A stretch of DNA of 64,000 bases, taken from assembly GCF_009914755.1 (NCBI RefSeq), contig NC_060929.1. One strand, given 5' to 3'. Origin of the DNA: the human T2T-CHM13v2.0 reference genome, Homo sapiens. The notes beneath the pieces were generated by a model. The model was given only the letters and a program-made list of their open reading frames with translations. It did not search any database and was not told where the DNA came from. A program made the translations under genes and the position numbers. This document shows, piece after piece, positions 1-64,000 of this stretch. Each line of letters begins with the position of its first letter. Positions within the stretch are counted from its first letter, which is position 1.

Positions 1-620
1 GGTGGCTTGGATTAGAGTAGTAATAGAGAGATGGTGAGTAGTAGTCAGTCTGGGGCTATGTTTTTGCAAGCCCTGTGCTGGACCGGATGTGAGGTGAAGG
101 AGGAGTCAAGGATAACGCCCAGGTTTCTGGTTTGAGCACTGAGGAATCCAGCAGATGATGGTGCCATTTACTGAGGTGGGAGGATCTACTGCGTAAACCT
201 CATTTGTTAAGCACTTTACTTGCTTAATATTGCTTACTTGTGGCAGGGCTGGGATTCAAACCCAGGAGGCTCACAACAAAGCTAGCACTCCAAACACTAC
301 AGAGTGCTATATAGCTGGTTCTGGGAACTACTAATATTGAGAGGAGACATAGAAAGAGAATGAAGCAAGAGCCAAATCAGACAAGTCTTGGTCAAGCTAA
401 GACGTCTGAATTTTATTTTAAGTGAATGAGACACTGGAGGGTTTTAAGCAGGGAGTGACTTGATCAGACTTACAGTGCAAAATGATCAATCTGACTGCTT
501 CGTGGAGAATGGATTGTAGAGGGGATGTGGGGAGAACTACATCAGTCCAGGCAGGAGATGATGGTGGCTAGAAGGTTGGTGATGGCGGTAGATGCAGAGA
601 AGTAGGCAGACTGGAATACA
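1..620. mobile_element. Degraded L2 LINE fragments
   Basis: L2-like tracts such as 'gagtcaaggataacgcccaggtttctggtttgagcact...atggtgccatttactgag' and 'ggagggttttaagcagggagtgac'; boundaries approximate. Confidence 0.5.
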
Positions 621-1019
621 GTGAGGGTTGTGCGGGAACTTGTACAAATGTGGACAACTTGTGACACTGGAGAGAAAGGACAATCCAATCCAATCCCTAT
701 TTGATTTACGGAAGCTCTCCATACGGTCATTCAGCTCAGCTTGAGTCACTCCAGGAACTCACTACCATCACTATTCGTGGGCCAGTGGGAGAGACGGATT
801 GAGGGCAGATCACTGGAGTGATGAAGGCGCTACTTGATGCGGCACTACGTATGAACCCGATCCTGAATGAGAGGGAAAGACTGAGACAGGCTGAGGTCAG
901 GCCTTGAACGTCGTGCTGAGGAGAGGGTGGTATTGTAGGCTTCCCAGCGCCCGACGTGGCTCTGAAAGGTGAGGCGGGGCCTAGATCCCTCACGCTCAGC
1001 ACAGCCCCGCCCCTGTTAC

Positions 1020-1200
1020 CTGAACGCCCCACAGCAGTGCCCGGGGGCTGAGCGGCCGGGGCGTCCCACCGCCGGCAGCCACAGCTTCCTCCTCCGCCCG
1101 GGACCTCTGGCCGGAAGCAGTCCGTTCGCCTTACTAGACCTCCTCCAAGCCTTTGAGCAGTTCGTGTGGGTCCGCTCCCAAGCTAGGGCTGGGCTGTTGC
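1020..1200 (-). other. TIGD6: Candidate non-coding first exon of the divergent gene (TIGD6 by synteny)
   Basis: Minus-strand donor CAG|GTAACA at 1020/1019; alternative donor GTGAGT at 762-757. Identity comes only from the known head-to-head TIGD6-HMGXB3 arrangement; no TIGD6 coding sequence is in the window. Confidence 0.35.
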
Positions 1201-1284
1201 GCTTGCGCCAGGGGTCGCATGCAGTCACGCGCTGCCGACCGCTTCCGGTGCGCCGCGAGGGCCGCCGGGACGGGTCTCCCTGGC

Positions 1285-1725
1285 GATCCGTGGTGTGCCG
1301 CTACTGCCGGTGCAGCCGCCAAACCGGTGCCTCGGTGACGACCGTGTCCCTGCCGTCTTCCTCGAGCTCCCCGGGGCTTGACCCCCGGGGCCCTCGGCAG
1401 GCATCGGTGAGGAGCCTGCGGAGCGAACCTGTGCTCCTATTCTTGCCCTTCAGGACCCCATATCGCGACTCCGAGGAGGGGAAGCGAGAGGGGCTGTCGC
1501 GACTCCGCGCCGTGTGTCGCCGGGCGGGGCCGCGGGGCCGGGGCTCCTTCAGCCCCCGGGATGCGCGCGCGAGCCCTCGCCTCCACTTCCTTGTTGCTGC
1601 TGTCACGACTGGAGCCGCCTCTCGCCGACAGCGGGGAGCGCGAGTGCGCCAGCCATCCCCCTCGTCCAGCCGCCGGGCCAAGCGCCTCCGGGAATGTGAG
1701 CGGCGCAGCTTGCACGCTCCTCCGG
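1285..1725 (+). other. HMGXB3: HMGXB3 exon 1 (5' UTR; start approximate)
   Basis: Consensus donor CGG|GTAAGT at 1725/1726 in the CpG island; splices to acceptor tttag|CCATGG at 5398. Confidence 0.75.
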
Positions 1726-3351
1726 GTAAGTCCCGCCTTCGAGGGCCGCGCCGAGCCGCTGGGCGACCTCGAGTTGGATGCTGCGGCTCTCTGAGCCTCT
1801 ACTGAGTCTTCCACAAAGTAGGGCCACTGAGCCTTAGTGTCCTCCTTCCGCAATCCGTATGGGACATTCGGATGTCCCAGACGTCTTAGCTTGACCAAGA
1901 CTTTGTCTGGTTTGGCTCTTGCTTCATTCATGACCCAGAATGAGGGAAAGGAGCTAGCCCAGAGTCAAACTGTGGCCCATGGCTGAGCCCTCAAAGGCAA
2001 TCTCGTGAGATTCCAAGGAGGATCTGATGGGACAGAGAAAGTGTCTCGCATATTTCAGGTATTGACCTTAACTCTGTTTTACAGATGAAATAACGGAGAC
2101 TTAGGGTAAGTAGATTGCTTAAGGTCAGAGGTCCCCGTGCTGGTGCGACTGGTGTAGTCTGTACTAGAACCCGGATTTTCTGTCCTCTAGAGCCCTTCGT
2201 TTTTAACCTTAAATTGTCCTGCCTTTTTTTGCATTGCTATACTGCTGCCTCGAGTCTGATAACAAACTTGTACTCAGGCTTAGAACAGGGTAATAAAACA
2301 AACAAAACCGTAGGGTGTTGTCTTCCTGCCCTCAGCCCAAGGTGGCTGTAATGAGTGTTTCCTAACCCGTTTTGCGCAGGGTGCTTAGTACCCTATATGC
2401 CATTCATTACAGATGCTCTCCTGCAGTTACTGCCCTTCTCCACAAGGCTTTCAGCCGCCCAGAAGTCAATTCAGGGCAAAAAAGCGCAGTCCCCACGTAG
2501 CCTTGATTTGAACTACTGCTTCCCTTATCCTTTACTGGCCTATTGCTTACCCAGCCAAGTTGTAGACTGTGTTCTCTTCCTGGGTTGCACTATGGCAGTT
2601 AGAATGTAGGTTTTTGTTTTGTTTTTCTTTGTTAGTTTAGTTTTTGTTTTTAATAGGAAGAGGAATCATTTAGAGATGACAGAGAACTAGGAAGAACCTA
2701 AGGAATAATGTGTGCTTTACCTGGGGTATATCCTGAAAATTATAGGTGAAATACAGTGTGTCTGCAATTTCTAGGAGAGGTTTTTTGTTGTTGTAGTTGT
2801 TTGTTTTTTTAAGCTTTCGCAACATTGTCAAAAGAATTCTTGCCTCCAAAAGACTAGGAGCCACTGGGTTCATCCTTTTCTCACAGTAGAAACAGTTGAA
2901 ATTTAGGATGTGGAATAGACTTCTCTGAGATCATCAGGTTAGAGTTTAGGTCTCTTGACTCCACATGCAGTGCTCATTATACCTTATTTGTGGAGTGAGG
3001 TCTAAATGAGAGGTGTGTGGGCTTTGTACTGCACGTATCAGTCCCATATTTACCACCACAACTGCCTCTTCCCAGAATTCTAAATTTCCTCCTGACAGAT
3101 TTTCAGGGGCAACTATGTTATTTCCTCTTGTAAAATTCAAGTGGTTTCTGTGAGCCTTTCTCCCTCCAAGGATTGAGACTTGTGGTAAAAGTCCAATTTA
3201 GAACTTGGCTACAAAAAAAACTAACTCTTCTTGAACTGGTTATTAAGTTTTTTATGCCTCTTTTCCTAGACATAAAAGCTGTTAGTAGATTCTCTGTTTT
3301 TTAGCCCAGCACCAGAGAGCTGATGTTGGTTGGTCAGATGACTGTTTAGAT

Positions 3352-3800
<449 letters not shown>

Positions 3801-4007
3801 ATGTAGAACATTTCCATCATCAGAGTTTATTGAACAGTGCTGGTTTGGAGGGTTGCCAGTAGAGATGGATAGCAGTGTAGCATAATGAAAGAAGGCCCAG
3901 GGAGTTGGATTTTTGAGTTAAAAATCTATCTCTCAAGTCCCTGCTTGGGCTTGGTGGCCTTGGGAAGGTTGTTAAGCATCTCAGACACAGATAATAGTCT
4001 TTAACAG

Positions 4008-4165
4008 AGGCTAGATGTGGTGGCTCACGCTTGTAATTACAGCACTTTGGGAGGCTGAGGTAAGAGGATCGCTTGAGCCCAGGAGTTCAAGACCAGCCTG
4101 GACAACATAGCGAGATTTCATCTCTATTATTATTTTTTAAATTATATAAAATTAAAAAAAAAACT
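4008..4165 (+). mobile_element. Alu left monomer / FLAM
   Basis: Single Alu monomer. Confidence 0.75.
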
Positions 4166-4223
4166 TAATGAACTCTTCCATTTTTTTTTTCTGCCAATTA
4201 CCTGACTTTAGGAATGAACCCAG

Positions 4224-4525
4224 CTGGGCACAGTGTAATCCCACTCATGCCTGTAATACCAACAGTTTGAGAGGCCAAGGTGGGCAGATCGCCCGAGTCC
4301 AGGATTTTGAGACCAGCCTGGCCAACATGGCAAAACCCTATCTCTCCAAAAAATTAGCCAGGCGTGATGACATCACCTGTAGTCCCAGCTACTCAGGAGG
4401 CTGAGGTGGAAGGATTGCTGAGCCCAGGAGGTCAAGACTGTAGTGAGCCCAGAGTGTGCCACTGTTCTCTAGTGACAGAGTGAGACCCTGTCTCAAAAAA
4501 CAAAAACAAAAAACCCAAAAACAAA
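4224..4525 (+). mobile_element. Alu (J-like)
   Basis: Dimeric Alu. Confidence 0.85.
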
Positions 4526-4553
4526 CCCTTTTCATTTGCATAGCACTTGACTA

Positions 4554-4720
4554 TTTTCTTTTTTTTTTTTTAATTAAAAAAGATTTTTATTTTTTTAATA
4601 GAGATGGGGTCTCACTATGTTGACCAAGCTGGCTGGCCTCAAACTCCTGGCCTCAAGCAACCCTCCCATCTCAGCCTCCCAAAGTGCTGAGATTATAGGC
4701 GTGAGTCACTGCGCCCATCC
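4554..4720 (-). mobile_element. Alu monomer, antisense
   Basis: Poly-T followed by reverse-complement Alu left arm. Confidence 0.75.
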
Positions 4721-5399
4721 AATTATTTTTAAATAGAGTTGTGTCTATTGTATCCTTTGAGTCTTATCACTATAAATCTGTGGGAAGGTAGTTGAGACAT
4801 GTCTTTTTTTATACATGAGAGAGAAAGCTGAACAAAAAGCAGCTAAAAGACCTGACCAAAATTGCACAAGCTGGCAGAGTATAAAGAAATCTTTTACATA
4901 CAGGCCCTTACTACATGTTTGAGTGAATCAATGAAGGCATTTGCTTAAGTTGATGAAACATAGGAGGAATGGGCCAGAACTTCTGATTCCTGGCCAAGCA
5001 TTTTTTTTTAACCTGTTTCCATATAGAATTGTTATAATTTGGGGCTAATAAATCTTTGTGTTAAAGGGGTGGGTGGGTACTGTATCCCATGAATATAAGT
5101 GAAAAGTATTTCTAAGGCAGTGGTCACAAACTTGCCCGGTCTGAGGAATCACCTGAGGCATTTGTTAAGCATGTGGATTTCCATACCCTCGGGAGATTCT
5201 GCTCCAGGAGGGCTGAAGTGGAGCTCTGGAATCTTGTGTGTTAAACAACCAAGCCAGGTGCTTCTTAGGATATATTGGGTTTGGGAAATGTCTAAGCCTT
5301 AAGGCACTGGCAGAGGTAAGGGGTTATTTGATCAGGAAGCTGCTGCCCCTCTTAGGGGAGATTCTGGAAACTTTATTTTGACTTTCCTTTCCTTTAGCC

Positions 5400-52739
<47,340 letters not shown>

Positions 52740-53656
52740 GCCAGGCTGTTGTACAGGGACTACACCATCTCTCAAGCCATAGTAAGGCCCTTGCCTGAGG
52801 CAGAGCTATCCAGGGGACCTGCAGAAGTGGTCTCCTGTGGGGAGGGCCTCTGACTGCTGGGACTGACCAAAGAGCTTCCATTCCCTGAGCATGGTGGGAC
52901 CCAGGGTCCTCAGTTCTCAACCCTCCAGGGGTCAGGAGTGGTACCAGGAAACCTCTTCTGGCCCCGAGAGAGCACTTGGGGGACACGGTATGTTTAATGG
53001 AGGGGAGGCTGAGGGAAAGGCTGATAGCTGGTGGGTTCCGTGGGGCCTGCTGTGTGGGTCAGGGTGGAGGTCCTGGGTGGGCTAAGGCGTGAGCCCCAGC
53101 ACTAGGTGGGAAGGCTGCTGAGGTCTCTCCCACCCCTGAGGAGCCCTGGTTTCAGCCCCCTCAGTCTGATGAATTGCTTAGCCTGTTGCCTTTGACTAGG
53201 GGCCTGGGTGGCCTCATTAACTCTAGGGGTCCCTTTGGGCTCTTGATTCTCCCTGAAGGAGGGATGCATTTCTCTCTTGCTCTTCCTGTACCCACATTTG
53301 GGGGAAGCTGAGGAGGGAGGAACAGTCAGCCACAGCTCTCTTCCAGCACTGTCCTCTCCACCCCAAGCTTTGAGGAAGAGCATCCCCTTCCTCCTTTCCC
53401 TGGCCACTGCTGCTGCAGCCAATATCCTCTCTGGGCCTGGGACCCTCTCCACAGAGGGGATGTGGTCCCTGGTCATGACATAACCTAGCAGCAGTAGGAA
53501 AAACTCCCTTCTATGAAGGGGAAGCAGACTGGGCCATAAGGAAACAGCAGGACTGGCTCAAGTGCCCAAGGTTTGTTTAGGGCCTGGGAATTGGCCATGT
53601 GTTAATTTATTGAGTGGAGTAGGTGGCTTTTTTTCCCTCCCTCTTCCCCCAACAAG

Positions 53657-53662
53657 AATAAA
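53657..53662 (+). terminator. HMGXB3: HMGXB3 poly(A) signal AATAAA
   Basis: About 920 nt after the stop; GU-rich tctggttttggtgt follows at about 53676-53689. Confidence 0.85.
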
Positions 53663-53858
53663 GTTTATTAAATTATCTGGTTTTGGTGTAGCAGGAGTCA
53701 ATTCCGTGCACATCGTATGGGGCACAGTGTGGTCAAGCTCCACAGCTGTGAGCTCGTCACTTCATGTGAAGGAGGGAAGGAAAGAAAGACGTTCCAGGGA
53801 ATTTGCAGGTACTCATGTGGCACAAAGAACCAGAGGCTGACTGCATTAATGCTGTTAG

Positions 53859-53864
53859 TTTAAT
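53859..53864 (-). terminator. CSF1R: CSF1R poly(A) signal ATTAAA
   Basis: Minus strand reads cacATTAAActaacagcattaatgca, followed by GU-rich ctggttctttgtg; cleavage about 53842. Confidence 0.75.
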
Positions 53865-54616
53865 GTGGACAGAGACATCCCACGGCGTGACTGTTAGTTA
53901 GGATGAGTCAGCTTGGGGGAGTTTGTGCTTCCTGCTTGGTGTGGCCAGCCACATGCCAAGGTCCCCTGCCTTCTAGCCCAGAATGACGGGACTGGGCAGA
54001 ACACCCCCAACTTTTAGCTGCCACTTGGCTCATTACAGCAGTACCAGTATGGGGGTGGGAGGGGTGAGGCTGTGGAGTGAAGGCGGCGTATAGGGCAGAG
54101 ACTAAGAGGTCCTGTGAGATTCTTAGAGGAGCCATCCTGCTCCAAGGGGCCTGAGCTGAGTGTGGTCTGTGAGCATCTGCTGCTCCTCTCAGAGAGGGAG
54201 ATCTCACTCTCTGCCAGTCTGTCTAGCCCCAAAGAGCCTGGTTTTCTCAGTATCAGTGTAGCTCCTGGGGACTTCATAGGCATAAAGTCAGTCCATTTCC
54301 ATGAAGATAAGGGGATTAGGAAAGAAGGTTCTACTAGTTGGCATAGCAAACACGAGGCCAACACCATGAGAACAGTAGGGGAGGCGGGGGGTGAGGGCTC
54401 AGCCCCCAGCCCCTGACTGGCAGTGATGGCCCATGCTCAGGAAGTGGGATCCTCTGACCTCCCCTGAATCCCTCACCTTCCCAAGTTTCAGAGCTGGGCC
54501 GAGCTGTTGAGTGAAATGACCGAAGGCAGAGTTTGTATGTTCTCCCCGTGTCGCCCCATCCATGGAGGAGTTGAAGTTTGGAGGAGGGGAGAGTGGTACT
54601 CCCTGTCGTCAACTCC

Positions 54617-62624
<8,008 letters not shown>

Positions 62625-62733
62625 TCACTATTTGTGTATTGAAGACCTTGGACAAGACAACCTCTGAGGGCCCTGATATCTCTGATAATCTGGTAATTCC
62701 TGAGCCAGGAGGGAGGGTGGAACTTGAGATCTT

Positions 62734-62793
62734 ATCCATCCGTTCATCTGTCCATCCATCTACCCATCCATCCACCCACCCAACCTCCCATCC
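62734..62793. repeat. Degenerate (CCAT/CCAC)n
   Basis: Seen directly. Confidence 0.7.
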
Positions 62794-62807
62794 AAATATA
62801 TATATAT

Positions 62808-63180
62808 ATTTTAATTGTGATAAAACATACATGAAATTTACCATTTCAACCATTTTTAAGTGTATGGTTCAGTAGTATTAAGTAAATTACATTCTACCTT
62901 GTGCAACCAGTTTCCAGAGCTCTTTTCATCTTGCAAAACTGAAATTCTGTTCCTGTTAAAAAGCAACTCCCCTTTCCCTCCTCCAGCCCCTGGCAACCAT
63001 GATTCTGCTGTCTCTGTGAATTGCACTGCTCTAGGCACTGCACCTCAGTGGACTCACACAGCATGTGTCTATTGAGATTGCCTTATTTCACCCAGCATAA
63101 TGTCTTCAAGGTTCATTCATGCTGCAGCACAGGTCAGAATTCCCTTCCTTTTTAAGGCTGAATAATAGTAGCCCATCCAC
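62808..63180 (-). mobile_element. L1MB-like 3' end fragment
   Basis: 'ttttaattgtgataaaacatac...cagcccctggcaaccatgattctgc...ttcccttcctttttaaggctgaataata'. Confidence 0.75.
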
Positions 63181-63571
63181 ATACTTTCTTGAACATCTAT
63201 TTGTGTCAGGCACCGCTGATTCAGAGTTGAACAGGACAAAGTCCCTGCCCCTCCATGGAGTTTGCATTCTAGTGGCTGAGAGAGGCATTAAACGCAAATA
63301 AACATGTATCTAGGAGATTCTCAAGTGGTGCTATGAAGAAAATAAAGTAAGATAAGTCAGGGAAGGCCCCTAAAGAGCCCACCATGTGACCATCAGAGGA
63401 AGAATTTTCCAGGAACAGTGCATGGAAATGCTGTATGCTTGACATGGGAATGATCCTGGCAAGTTTGAGCTATAGGAAGGCAGCCATCATGGCTTGAGGG
63501 AAGTGGGGGGCAGATTCCAGAAACAGGAAGGCCTTGAGGGCTATGATAAGGTGAGTGGGTTCCCTTTTGGG

Positions 63572-64000
63572 ATTTTTTTTTTTCCAAGACAGGATCTCTG
63601 TCCCCCAGACTGGCATGCAGTGGGGGCAGTCTTGGCTCACTACAGCCTCGACCCCCGAGGTTCAAGCAATCCTCCCACCTCAGTCTCCCAAGCAGCCGGG
63701 ACTACAAGCATGTGGCACCACACCTGGCTAATTTTTGTAGAGACGGGGCTTTGTCGCAGCCTAGGCTGGTCTTGAACTCGTGAGCTCAAGCAGTTTGCCT
63801 GCCTCGGTCTCTCAAAGTGCTGGGATTACAGGCATGAGCTACCATGCCTGGCCGGGCAGTGAGAGACCCTGAGAGTTTGACACAGGTGAGTCGCCATCTG
63901 ACTTTTTTTTTTTGAGACAGAGTCTTGCTCCTTCACTCATGCCGGAGTGCAGTGGCACGATCATAGCTCACTAGGCTCAAACTCCTGGGCTCAAGCAATC
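63572..64000 (-). mobile_element. Two antisense Alus (63572-63853; 63904 to window end)
   Basis: Reverse-complement Alu sequence. Confidence 0.85.

Larger units (their letters stand above)
940..1790. promoter_or_regulatory. CpG island / probable bidirectional promoter
   Basis: Very GC- and CpG-rich with no TATA box. GC boxes at 971-980 and 1004-1013, ETS/GABPA cores CCGGAAG 1111-1117 (+) and CTTCCGG 1242-1248 (-), NRF1-like TGCGCTTGCGCC 1198-1209. Confidence 0.85.

Overview
Human (or very closely related great-ape) genomic DNA matching the 5q32 locus. The + strand carries the complete HMGXB3 gene: a CpG-island non-coding exon 1 ending at 1725, then 19 coding exons from ATG 5400 to TAA 52737-52739. 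I spliced these by hand at GT-AG junctions; they sum to 3879 nt = 1292 aa (HMG box, two C4 zinc ribbons, and a Zisupton/KDZ-transposase-derived C-terminal half with a SAP-like insert). The - strand carries the last 11 coding exons of CSF1R (K543-C972, split tyrosine kinase), tail-to-tail with HMGXB3, with poly(A) sites only about 170 bp apart. The promoter looks bidirectional; by known synteny the divergent gene is TIGD6, whose CDS lies outside the window. Introns hold many Alus, an old antisense L1, two solo LTRs with TSDs, DNA-transposon fossils and three retrocopies (TMEM185B, RPS20, U13 snoRNA). The most notable signals are: two domesticated transposase genes head-to-head; a 5' leader using all three frames (stop-free in-frame extension, overlapping uORF, start-stop codon) plus a G4; interleaved direct repeats around the HMG-box exon; a tailless TMEM185B cDNA that replaces about 230 bp of L1; and a palindromic two-strand poly(A) signal. 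No searches were run: gene and repeat names come from recognition, and repeat subfamily calls and ends are approximate.
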